Notes: generated by a model from the letters alone, not told the origin. 64,000 bases of DNA from an uncultured Actinomycetota bacterium (GCA_963811385.1 CAWEQX010000002.1:227081-291080); one strand, 5' to 3'; shown: positions 30,466-39,023, counted from the first letter of the stretch. Program-made: numbers and translations.

Positions 30466-30549
30466 TTTCACTAGGGCCCCAGTGATGTTGGCACTCCCCG
30501 AGCGAAGTTTCGCTCGGGGAGTGCCACTTTCACTAGGGCCCTAGTGAAA
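30466..30549. repeat. 84-nt composite palindromic element: two copies of TTTCACTAGGGCCC(C/T)AGTGA flanking a 36-nt hairpin
   Basis: The near-palindrome spans 30466-30485. The hairpin GGCACTCCCCGAGCGAA/TTCGCTCGGGGAGTGCC spans 30490-30525. The perfect 22-nt palindrome TTTCACTAGGGCCCTAGTGAAA spans 30528-30549. The element lies between the pckG stop and the WS/DGAT promoter. Confidence 0.85.
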
Positions 30550-30560
30550 CTGCGCCGGGG

Positions 30561-30590
30561 GTGACCCGGCCTTCGTCGGGCGTCTAGGTT
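30561..30590 (+). promoter_or_regulatory. candidate leaderless promoter of the WS/DGAT gene (-35 GTGACC, 18-nt spacer, -10 TAGGTT)
   Basis: TAGGTT at 30585-30590 ends 6 nt before ATG 30597. No RBS is visible. Confidence 0.35.
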
Positions 30591-30596
30591 GGGCCG

Positions 30597-32042
30597 ATGG
30601 GCACCGACAAGCGCTGGATCCAGCCCCAGGACGCGATGTTCCTGTGGGGCGAGAGCAACGAGACGATGATGCACGTCGCCTCCCTCATGCCCTACTCGCC
30701 GCCGGAGGACGCGGGTCCGGACTTCCTCGGCGCGTTGTACCAGGAGATGCTGCGGGCGCCGGTGGCGAGCCCGTGGAACCTGCGGCTGACCCACCCGCAC
30801 GTGCTGCGGCACCCCCGCCAGTCGTGGAAGGTCGACGACCACTTCGACATCGACTACCACGTACGCCGCTCCGCGCTCCCCTCCCCGGGTGACGAGCGCG
30901 AGCTGGGCATCGTGGTCTCCCGGCTGCACAGCCACCAGCTCGACTTCACCCGCCCGCCGTGGGAGGTCCACCTGATCGAGGGGCTGGAGGGCGGCCGGTT
31001 CGCGCTCTACACCAAGGTGCACCACTCGCTGGTCGACGGCTACTCCGCGGTGCGCATCCAGGCCCGGAGCATGTCGGAGGACCCCACCGACCGCGACATG
31101 CCGTTCTTCTTCTCCGTCTCCCCCTCCGGGCCCCGCCGCCGGCCGGCCCCGACCGAGCAGCCGCGGCCCGACCTGTCGACCCGCGTGGTGCAGGCGGCCA
31201 CCGCGCCGGCGCGCGCCGCCGTACGCCTCGGCGGGTCGCTGGCCGCCACCTCCCTGGGCACCGCCAAGGCGGTGGCCGGGGTCGAGATGGGCTCGCGCGC
31301 CGAGGGCAGCGAGCTGGTCAGCCCGCTGCAGGCGCCCTCGACGATCCTCAACGCCCGGTGCGGCCGCAACCGCCGCCTCGCGACCCAGGAGGTCGCCCTC
31401 GACCGGATCCGCGCAGTGGCCAAGGCCGCGGGCGGCACGGTCAACGACGTCGTGATGGCCATGTGCGGCGGGGCGCTGCGCCGGTTCCTCGCCGAGCTCG
31501 ACGAGCTGCCCGACCGCCCGCTGGTCGCCTTCCTGCCGGTCAACATCCGCCCGAGCGGCGACTCCGGCGGCGGCAACAAGGTCGGGGCGACCCTGGCCTC
31601 GCTGGCCACCGACCGCGAGGACGCGCAACAGCGGCTCGAGGCGGTGATCGCCTCGACCCGCCAGGCCAAGGACCAGATGAGCGACCTGAGCCAGCTGGGC
31701 GTGCTCGCCTACTCCGGCTACCTCCTCGGCCCCGGCGGCCTGCAGGTGGCCGGCGCGATGAGCGGCACGCGGCTGCCCGTGCCGACCACCTTCAACCTCT
31801 GCATCTCCAACCTCCCCGGGCCCCAGCACCCGCTGCACCTGCGCGGCGCCCGGCTCGAGGCGATCTACCCGATGTCGATCCCGGTGCACGGCATGGCGCT
31901 CAACATCACCGTCGAGTCCTACGCCGGCCACCTCGACTTCGGGTTCATCGGCTGCCGCGACGCCGTCCCGTCGCTGCAGCGGCTCGCGGTCTACACCGGC
32001 GGGGAGCTCGACGCGCTGGAGGAGGCCTACGCCCTCGCCTGA
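30597..32042 (+). CDS. wax ester synthase / diacylglycerol acyltransferase (WS/DGAT)
   Basis: 481 aa. Catalytic HHxxxDG motif (KVHHSLVDGYS) and a typical N-terminus (QDAMFLWGES...MHVASL). Confidence 0.9.
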   Translation: MGTDKRWIQPQDAMFLWGESNETMMHVASLMPYSPPEDAGPDFLGALYQEMLRAPVASPWNLRLTHPHVLRHPRQSWKVDDHFDIDYHVRRSALPSPGDERELGIVVSRLHSHQLDFTRPPWEVHLIEGLEGGRFALYTKVHHSLVDGYSAVRIQARSMSEDPTDRDMPFFFSVSPSGPRRRPAPTEQPRPDLSTRVVQAATAPARAAVRLGGSLAATSLGTAKAVAGVEMGSRAEGSELVSPLQAPSTILNARCGRNRRLATQEVALDRIRAVAKAAGGTVNDVVMAMCGGALRRFLAELDELPDRPLVAFLPVNIRPSGDSGGGNKVGATLASLATDREDAQQRLEAVIASTRQAKDQMSDLSQLGVLAYSGYLLGPGGLQVAGAMSGTRLPVPTTFNLCISNLPGPQHPLHLRGARLEAIYPMSIPVHGMALNITVESYAGHLDFGFIGCRDAVPSLQRLAVYTGGELDALEEAYALA

Positions 32043-32225
32043 GCAGGGCGCGCAAGCCGGACGCAAGCGGGTGGCAAGAGGCGGCTGCCAGCGTGAGGTC
32101 ATCGGGAGGACCACCTCCCGACCGACCGGAGGAGCAGCCATGATCACGCCGATGCACACCGAGTACCTCGTCCCGCGCCCCGCCCCCGCAGCGTGGCGAC
32201 CCACGCGACGGGGTACCTCCGGGAC

Positions 32226-32504
32226 ATGGCTACCAAGAAGAAGGCCGACCCCGGCCCGTCCGTGAAGGACCCCGAGCTCTACGAGTCGCTGCGCGACGAC
32301 GGCGCCAGCAAGGAGAAGGCGGCCCGCATCGCCAACGCGGCGAACAACACCTCGCGCTCCGAGGTGGGCGAGAAGGGCGGCACGTCGGGGTCCTACGACG
32401 ACTGGACCGTCGACGACCTTCGCGAGCGGGCCCGCGAGCTGGACATCGACGGCCGGTCCTCGATGAACAAGGACGAGCTGATCGACGCCCTGCGCAACCA
32501 CTGA
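32226..32504 (+). CDS. small Rho-N-domain-containing protein
   Basis: ATG at 32226 (MATKKKADPGPSVKDPELYESLRDDGASKEKAARIANA...). The C-terminus is a SAP/Rho_N-like helix pair (WTVDDLRERARELDIDGRSSMNKDELIDALRNH). Confidence 0.75.
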   Translation: MATKKKADPGPSVKDPELYESLRDDGASKEKAARIANAANNTSRSEVGEKGGTSGSYDDWTVDDLRERARELDIDGRSSMNKDELIDALRNH

Positions 32505-32513
32505 CCCGGCGGG

Positions 32514-34262
32514 TCAGCAGCCGCGACGCACGCCGGGGACCTCGACCGGCAGCCGGCCCGGCGCCGGTGCGCGGCCCAGCCAGAACGCGACGAGCGCGCG
32601 CATCGGACCCGGCCCTGCGCCGTAGGTCGCCACCCGCACCGCGGCGGCCGTGCGCCCGAGGAGGTACGGCGTGTCCACGGCCACCACGTAGTCGGAGGCC
32701 GGCACCGGGCCGCCGCGCCCGACCAGGTCGACGCGCGTGCCCCGCAGGACGGGCCGCGGCTCGATCGCCTGCCACTGCTCGATCACCCGCCGCTTGCGCT
32801 TCTTGCTCCACTTCTTCCGCAGCTCCGGCCGGGGCGGCTTGACCAGGTCCACGTGGCCCAGCGCGAGCCCGGCCTCCGCCGCCGCCTCCCGGAAGGACGC
32901 CACCGCGGCCGGGTCGCCGAACGGGATCGGCAGGGACGGCGCGATCCGGCCCGAGCACGGCCCCGCCACCGAGGTGAGCGCCTCGGCGGAGAGTCGCGCG
33001 GCCATGGGCCGGGCCGTCCCGACCGGCCGGGACTGCCCGGGACGGCGGGTCGCCCGCTGGTGGAGCAGCAGCGCGACCTGCCGGGCGGCAGCCTGCTCGA
33101 GCCGCCGTCGGGTGAGGTGACCCTCCCGCACCGCACGCACGATCGCGGTCCGCGCTCCGGCGGGGTCCTGCGGCATCAGCGCGACGTCCACCCCGGCCTG
33201 CAGCGCCGCGACGGCAGCGCGGTCCGGCCCCCGGTGGTGGCGTACGGCGGCCATGTCGAGTGCGTCGGTGACCACCAGCCCGCGGAACCCGAGCCGCTCG
33301 CGCAGCAGCCCGGTCACCACCGGGCGGCTCAACGACGAGGGCACCCCCGGGTCGACGGCCCGCACGTCGAGGTGCCCGACCATGATCGCGGGCAGGCCGG
33401 CGTCGACGGCACGGCGGAACGGGACCCAGTCACGCTCGGAGAGCCGGCGCACCGAGCGGGTCTGGACCGGCAGGGTGACGTGGCTGTCGGCGGTGACCGA
33501 GCCGTGCCCGGGGAAGTGCTTGAGCACCGGGACCAGCCCGGCGTCCTGGAAGCCGCGGGCGGCCGCCATCACGTGCCGGGTCACCACGGCGGGGTCGCTG
33601 CCGACCGACCGCGAGCCGATCGCCGGGTCGGCCTCGCCGATCGTCACGTCGGCGTCCGGGGCGAAGTCCGTGGTGAAGCCGAGCCCGCGCAGCTCGCCGG
33701 CCGCGGCGGCGTACACCCGGCGCGTCAGCGACACGTCCCCGGCCGCGCCCGCGGACATGAAGTCCGGCAGCTGCGAGACGTCGCCGCGCACGCGCTGCAC
33801 GGTCCCGCCCTCCTGGTCGACCCCGACCAGCAACGGCCACGGCCGGCGTACGTCGCGGCGCAGGCGGGCGGTCGTGCTGCGGACCTGCTCGGCCGAGACG
33901 ACGTTGTCGGCGAAGACGATGACGCCGCCCAGGTGGAGCCGCCGCACGAGATCGACCGGTGCCGCGGTGCCGGCGTAGCGGGCCACGATCACCTGGCCGG
34001 CGAGGTCGCTCAGGGGCAGCGCGTGCACGAGGCGGGCGGCCCGCTCGAGCTCGGCCCTGGTCGGCCCCCAACCGGTCCGCAGCGCCAGGCGCTCGGCCGG
34101 TGTCGGCGGGTCGGGCGCGGCCGGCTCCGCGCTGTCGGCCCTCCCGGGCTCGTCGGGCGCGGAGCCGCCGAGGTCGCACCCGCCGAGCAGCGCACCGGCC
34201 AGCAGGGCACCGGCCGACACGAGGGCGGCGGCACGCGTACGAGGAGGGGACCGGCGAGCCAC
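32514..34262 (-). CDS. glycoside hydrolase family 3 lipoprotein (NagZ-like beta-N-acetylhexosaminidase) with C-terminal extension
   Basis: 582 aa. Lipobox LLGGC, a GH3 N-domain (GGVIVF, VGVDQEGG, KHFPGHG, VVTDAL). It starts 27 nt downstream of the SARP-STAND gene on the same strand. Confidence 0.88.
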   Translation of the reverse strand: MARRSPPRTRAAALVSAGALLAGALLGGCDLGGSAPDEPGRADSAEPAAPDPPTPAERLALRTGWGPTRAELERAARLVHALPLSDLAGQVIVARYAGTAAPVDLVRRLHLGGVIVFADNVVSAEQVRSTTARLRRDVRRPWPLLVGVDQEGGTVQRVRGDVSQLPDFMSAGAAGDVSLTRRVYAAAAGELRGLGFTTDFAPDADVTIGEADPAIGSRSVGSDPAVVTRHVMAAARGFQDAGLVPVLKHFPGHGSVTADSHVTLPVQTRSVRRLSERDWVPFRRAVDAGLPAIMVGHLDVRAVDPGVPSSLSRPVVTGLLRERLGFRGLVVTDALDMAAVRHHRGPDRAAVAALQAGVDVALMPQDPAGARTAIVRAVREGHLTRRRLEQAAARQVALLLHQRATRRPGQSRPVGTARPMAARLSAEALTSVAGPCSGRIAPSLPIPFGDPAAVASFREAAAEAGLALGHVDLVKPPRPELRKKWSKKRKRRVIEQWQAIEPRPVLRGTRVDLVGRGGPVPASDYVVAVDTPYLLGRTAAAVRVATYGAGPGPMRALVAFWLGRAPAPGRLPVEVPGVRRGC

Positions 34263-34288
34263 GCGTCATGATCGCAGAGCCGGGGCGG

Positions 34289-37200
34289 CTAGCGTGATGC
34301 CGGGCACGTGGTCTCGAAGGGGACGCTGGGCATCACGTCCTCCCACTCCTCGACGGTCAGGCTGCGCCCGACGATGTGGCACGCGACTGCGCGCGCTCGC
34401 TCCACCGAGGTGTCCCACTCGTAGACCGACCCGTCCGCGGCGGCGATGCGCACGGTGCGGCTGTCCGGCAGGAACGCCGGCGACACGAGCGCGTTGCCCA
34501 GGCGCACGGTGCCCAGGAGGTCGGCGGTGCGCCCGTCCCAGAGACTGAGGCGACCGGTCCCGTCGGCGGTGACCACGCGGCGGCCGTCAGGGGAGTACCT
34601 CGCCTCCAGTCCGTCGGACTCCGTCTCGACCAGCGCCGCTCCTGAGCCGCGCGCCTTGCCGGAGGCGAGGTCCACGATCTCGAGCTGCCCGCCCCCGGCC
34701 ACCGCCAGCCTCGCGCCGTCCGGCGACAACGCCGCCGAGTGCGGCCGGATGCCGAAGTCCCCTCGCCCGACGACGCTGCCGTCCCCCAGGTCCACCAGGG
34801 CCCAGCCCTCGACCTGCGTGAAGTCGAACGCGGCCCGCGGCTGGTCCGCGGTGAGCGCGACGAGACCGGAGTCCGACGGGGTGACGAGGCTGTCCACCAC
34901 GTGGCCCACGTCGGGGCGGAGCGGCCGGGACAGCGTCGCCAGGGTCGCCGCGTCGAGGACGGCCCAGCCGCGGGCGAGGCGCGCCACGATCCGCGACCCG
35001 TCGGCGGTGTAGTCCGCCTGCTCGACGGACAGGTCGCGGCGCGCGAGGACCCGCCCGGTGGACACGTCGACGACGTACAGCGAGGTCGGGCTCACGATGA
35101 CCAGTCGGCGGCCGTCTGGGCGCCAGGAGCCGGTGAAGTCGGTGCCCAGCCAGCCGGGACCGCGCACGTTCGTCTCGGCCCCGGACTCCACGTCGACCAG
35201 GAAGACCCGGGTCCGCTGGGTCGTGCCTCGGCGCACCTGGGCCACGACGGTGTCCCCGGTCGGGGACAGGAAGCGACTGTCCCACGTCTCCTGCACCTTG
35301 CGCGCGGGGGGTGCCGTCCGCCGCACATAGCGCTCACGACCGCTCAGGTCGAAGCTCCACAGCCCCGTGTCGGTGACGGTCAGCAGCCTCTCGCCGTCGG
35401 GGCTGAACCGTACGTCGTCGGCGAAGTCGGCGCGCTCGGTCTCGATGCGCTGCCGCAGCAGGCCGGACCTCAGGTCCCAGATCCCCACCGCGCCCTCCCC
35501 GCCGGTCGCGGCGAGGAGGCTGCCGTCGGCGGAGAACTCCACCTCGCCGTCCTCCGCGACCGGCAGACCGGTCAGCCGCCGCGTCTCCCGCCACGTGGCG
35601 GCGTCGAGGAGCACCACCTGGTCGTCCCGGACGGCGGCGACGACCGACCCGTCGGGCGAGAGCGCCATGGCGCTGTGGGGCCCCGTGCGGCTGACCACGG
35701 TGCGCCCGGTGCTCACCTCGATGGTCTGCAGGGGGACGGCGGGCAGGTCGGAGTTCCATCCCGGGACGACGTAGAGGCGGTCGCCGGCCGGGGACATCCT
35801 CAGATGCACGAGGTCTCCGATCGGTCTGACCCTCAGGATCGGCCGCTCCGGGCGAGCGGTGTCCCAGACCACCTCCAACGGCCCCAGGCCCCGGTTCCTC
35901 TCGGCGTCGTACCGGTCGAAGGAGACCGCGACCCGGCTGCCGTCCGCGCTGAAGCTGGCGCCGGTCGGGATCGCCTGCCGGGGCTGGCCGCGCAGCTGAC
36001 GTCGCAGCGGCACCAGGGTCCTGCCGTCCAGCAGACGCACCGGGTCGTGGACCTGGCTGGGGACGCCGAGGACCAGGATCTCGCCGTCCGGGCTGAAGGC
36101 GGCCGGGTCGCACACGCAGAACACCTCGGTCGACCAACCCGGTGGCTGGGGGTCGTAGGTGGCGACCTCGGGTACGCCCCGCCCGTCGTACAGGTGCACG
36201 CGCGCAGCGCGGTCCACGACCGCCACCTGCCCGCTCACCGGGTTGACGTCCAGCCAGGACGGCGTCTGCCCGGTCGGCGTGAAGCGGGCCAGCGCAGGGT
36301 TGCGCGAGACCGCGGCCACCAGGCCGGCGACGGTCTCGCGTGACCGGTCGACCCGTACGGCGGCCAGCGCGAGCAGCAGGGAGAGGTCGTCGCGGTCGGT
36401 GAGCTGGGACAGGGCCGCGACCCGACGGGCCTGGGACTCCCGGGCCGACCGCGCGGCGCGGTCGGACTGACCGGCTGCCACGGCACCGGCGACCACCGCG
36501 ACCACGAGCAGTCCCACCACGGCTCCCAGGAGTCCCCGCAACCGTCGGTTGACCCGCCGCTGCTGCCTCGCCAGCGCGATGGCGTCGCGCTCCTCGGCCT
36601 CCGCTGCGTGCTGCCCCGCCTCGAGGAACGCGCGCTCGGACGACGACAGCTCGGGCTCGACCTGGGTCCGCCACTGCAGCGCTCGCGCGAGCCGGGTGCC
36701 GCGGTAGAGCTCGGACCCCGGGCGCTGCATCGCCTCCCACGTGTCCGCCGCGACGGTCAGGTGGCGACGGATCCGCTGACCCTCGGAGTCCTCGTCGAGC
36801 CAGCCACGCAGACGCGGCCAGGCGCGCACCAGCGCCTCGTGGGCGATCTCCACCGCCTCGCCGTCGATGCTGACCAGGCGCGCTGCGGCAAGCAGCTCCA
36901 CCACCCTGAGGTGGTCCTCGTCCACGGCCAGGCTCGCGCGGGGCACCCGCGCCCGGACCGCCTCCCCGTCCTCCGTCGCGATCACGAGGCGCAGGCACAG
37001 GTCGCGCATGCCTCGGCGTCCCGGTCCGTCCAGCTGCTGGTAGACGGCCTCGACGGTCCGCGCCACCGCGTCCCTGATCCCGCCCGATGCGCGATAGCCC
37101 TCCACGGTCAACGTGTGACCCTCTCGGCGCTCCCACGTGGCGCGGAGCACGTAGGACAGCATCGGCAGGGCCGCCGGGGCGCCGGCGACCTCACGCACCA

Positions 37201-38512
37201 GCAGGTCGACCAGCCCGGGCTCGAGCCGGAGCCCCGCACGCCTGGCCGGGCCCTCGATCGCCCGGCGCAGCTCCGCCTCGCCCATCGGGCCGAGCAGGTA
37301 GATGCCGCCCTCGAGGACACGGGCGACGTCCGGGTACGACGCGAACCGGGCCAGGTGGTCGGCCCGCACGGCGATCACCAACCGGCCTCCGGCCCCGACG
37401 TGGGCAGCGAGCATGGCGAAGTAGGTCGCGCGGAGCGCGGGGTCCGGGCAGAGGGTCATCGCCTCCTCGGCCTGGTCGACCACGAGGGTCTGCCGTCCTC
37501 TTGGCCCGAGCTCCCGCAGCGAGGCGACCGGATCCACACCGGGGTTGGTCACCAGCAGCGCGGCGCCGTCACGGGCGAGCGAGGCAAGCACGCCGGCCCG
37601 GACCAGCGAGGACTTCCCGGTCCCCGACGGCCCGACGACCGCGAGCACACCGGTGTCGCGGAGCCGCCGGAGGCAGGACGACACGTCGTCCTCGCGACCG
37701 AAGTAGGCATCGGCGTCCTCCGACCGGTACGCCAGCAGCCCGCGGTAGGGACACACGTCACTGACGTGCTTCTCCAGTGGCGGCGAGAGCGCCGGGTCCT
37801 GGCGGAGGATCCGCTGCTCCAGCTGGACCAGCTCGGGGCACGCGTCGAGGCCGAGCTCCTCGGCCAGCATCGTCCGAGCCTGGGCCACGGCGGCCAGTGC
37901 CTCGCGCTGCCGGCCCGCCGCGTAGAGCGCGGTCGACAGCAGCACCCAGCGTCGCTCCCGGAACGGCTCGTTGGCGGTCAGCACCCTCGCGCGCTCGAGC
38001 ACGCCTCGCGCCCGGCCCGCCAGCGTGTCCGCCTCGACGAGCAGCTCCTCGGCATCCAGACGCAGTCCTTCCAGCCTGGTGGCCGCGACCCGCCCCGGCT
38101 CCCATTCGACGAGGTCCTCCAGCGCCCTTCCCGTCCACAGCCGCAGGGCGTCGCGGAGCACGTGTGCTGCGCGGTCCGAGTCCTCGGCGTCGAGGGCCTC
38201 GCGCGCCCCGTCCAGCAGGTGCTCGAACCGCCAGGTGTCGAGCTCGTCGCCACTGACCACGAGCCGGTAGCCGGTCGGCCCGGACTCGATCGCCGCCGGT
38301 CCGAGTCGCTTGCGCAACCGGACCACACAGCCCTGCACGACCTTCGCCCAGGACGCCGGCGGGGCCTCCCCCCACAAGGCGTCCGCGAGGGCCTGGGAGC
38401 TGAGCGGCTCGCCGAAGCGCGCGACGAGCGCGGCGAGGACCACCCGGTCCCTGCCACGCAACGCGTCCGTCTGGCCGTCGACCCGCAACGGACCGAGAAC
38501 ACCAATGGCCAC
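34289..38512 (-). CDS. membrane-tethered SARP (OmpR-wHTH + BTAD) / STAND P-loop NTPase / double beta-propeller protein
   Basis: 1407 aa from GTG 38512 (VAIGVLGPLRVDG...). The domains in order are a BTAD region, CPYRGLLAYRSEDADAYFGRED, Walker A GPSGTGKSS (nt 37607-37633) and Walker B LVVDQAEE. A single TM helix (nt 36470-36532) follows, then about 700 aa of TolB/WD40-like repeats. The 60 upstream codons of the track ORF look non-coding. Confidence 0.85.
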   Translation of the reverse strand: MAIGVLGPLRVDGQTDALRGRDRVVLAALVARFGEPLSSQALADALWGEAPPASWAKVVQGCVVRLRKRLGPAAIESGPTGYRLVVSGDELDTWRFEHLLDGAREALDAEDSDRAAHVLRDALRLWTGRALEDLVEWEPGRVAATRLEGLRLDAEELLVEADTLAGRARGVLERARVLTANEPFRERRWVLLSTALYAAGRQREALAAVAQARTMLAEELGLDACPELVQLEQRILRQDPALSPPLEKHVSDVCPYRGLLAYRSEDADAYFGREDDVSSCLRRLRDTGVLAVVGPSGTGKSSLVRAGVLASLARDGAALLVTNPGVDPVASLRELGPRGRQTLVVDQAEEAMTLCPDPALRATYFAMLAAHVGAGGRLVIAVRADHLARFASYPDVARVLEGGIYLLGPMGEAELRRAIEGPARRAGLRLEPGLVDLLVREVAGAPAALPMLSYVLRATWERREGHTLTVEGYRASGGIRDAVARTVEAVYQQLDGPGRRGMRDLCLRLVIATEDGEAVRARVPRASLAVDEDHLRVVELLAAARLVSIDGEAVEIAHEALVRAWPRLRGWLDEDSEGQRIRRHLTVAADTWEAMQRPGSELYRGTRLARALQWRTQVEPELSSSERAFLEAGQHAAEAEERDAIALARQQRRVNRRLRGLLGAVVGLLVVAVVAGAVAAGQSDRAARSARESQARRVAALSQLTDRDDLSLLLALAAVRVDRSRETVAGLVAAVSRNPALARFTPTGQTPSWLDVNPVSGQVAVVDRAARVHLYDGRGVPEVATYDPQPPGWSTEVFCVCDPAAFSPDGEILVLGVPSQVHDPVRLLDGRTLVPLRRQLRGQPRQAIPTGASFSADGSRVAVSFDRYDAERNRGLGPLEVVWDTARPERPILRVRPIGDLVHLRMSPAGDRLYVVPGWNSDLPAVPLQTIEVSTGRTVVSRTGPHSAMALSPDGSVVAAVRDDQVVLLDAATWRETRRLTGLPVAEDGEVEFSADGSLLAATGGEGAVGIWDLRSGLLRQRIETERADFADDVRFSPDGERLLTVTDTGLWSFDLSGRERYVRRTAPPARKVQETWDSRFLSPTGDTVVAQVRRGTTQRTRVFLVDVESGAETNVRGPGWLGTDFTGSWRPDGRRLVIVSPTSLYVVDVSTGRVLARRDLSVEQADYTADGSRIVARLARGWAVLDAATLATLSRPLRPDVGHVVDSLVTPSDSGLVALTADQPRAAFDFTQVEGWALVDLGDGSVVGRGDFGIRPHSAALSPDGARLAVAGGGQLEIVDLASGKARGSGAALVETESDGLEARYSPDGRRVVTADGTGRLSLWDGRTADLLGTVRLGNALVSPAFLPDSRTVRIAAADGSVYEWDTSVERARAVACHIVGRSLTVEEWEDVMPSVPFETTCPASR

Positions 38513-38518
38513 CCCTCG

Positions 38519-38547
38519 ACTGTCACCGTGCAGGAACTCCCCGTCAA
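38519..38547 (-). promoter_or_regulatory. candidate leaderless promoter of the SARP-STAND gene (-35 TTGACG, 17-nt spacer, -10 GACAGT, 6 nt, GTG)
   Basis: Read on the minus strand: TTGACG gggagttcctgcacggt GACAGT cgaggg GTG. Confidence 0.35.
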
Positions 38548-38550
38548 CAG

Positions 38551-38593
38551 CCGCGATACCACCGCGATACCGGCGCCCCACCGCCGCGATACC
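38551..38593. promoter_or_regulatory. three perfect 10-bp direct repeats CCGCGATACC with starts spaced 11 and 22 bp (SARP-type binding-site architecture)
   Basis: Copies lie at 38551-38560, 38562-38571 and 38584-38593. They sit 3 nt upstream of the putative -35 of the SARP-STAND gene and about 90 nt upstream of the divergent small-protein gene. Confidence 0.5.
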
Positions 38594-38679
38594 GCCGTCC
38601 TCTACGCCGTCCTCATCAGATGGTGACGACCCGGGCCCGAGAGGCCCGCGCGGCCACCCAGACGCAAGGAGCACACACC

Positions 38680-38943
38680 ATGACCACCACATCGATCCGT
38701 GCGACCGCGATCCTCACCGCAGCACTCGCCACGGTGGCAGTGGCCGCTGCGCCATCGCCCGCAGCCACACCGACCCACGCCGTGTCCGAGCCTGCGGCCT
38801 ACGCCCCGGGTGCGCGTCTCGACGTCGGCGGAGCCGGACAGCTGCTCCTGGGTGCCGTGAGCGACGAGCACGTCACGATCACCGTGCTCGGTGTGCACGT
38901 CGGCGGCGACGGCTGGTCGGGCGGCACGCTGCTCATTCGCTGA
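38680..38943 (+). CDS. small secreted protein (87 aa), unknown family
   Basis: ATG at 38680 lies 9 nt after AAGGAG. Signal peptide MTTTSIRATAILTAALATVAVAAAPSPA. Gly-rich mature part. Divergent from the SARP-STAND gene. Confidence 0.6.
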   Translation: MTTTSIRATAILTAALATVAVAAAPSPAATPTHAVSEPAAYAPGARLDVGGAGQLLLGAVSDEHVTITVLGVHVGGDGWSGGTLLIR

Positions 38944-39023
38944 CGAGGCGGTGTGGCGCAGCGGAGCTGGTCACCGCCTGCAGCCGGGGCGGGCCCTCGG
39001 CGACGCGCTGAGCGAGCCGCCCC

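Noticed and set aside
34289-38512. The STAND NTPase as an Avs-like antiphage defence gene.
   Set aside because: The N-terminal module is a SARP DNA-binding domain, not a nuclease, protease or other effector. No other defence genes are nearby. The TM plus propeller layout fits signalling better.
38513-38692. 60-codon upstream extension of the SARP-STAND ORF (MWWSWCVLLASG...).
   Set aside because: SARP wHTH domains start within a few residues of the N-terminus (VAIGVLGPL). The extension contains the direct repeats and a promoter-like element. This remains a caveat for the repeat interpretation.
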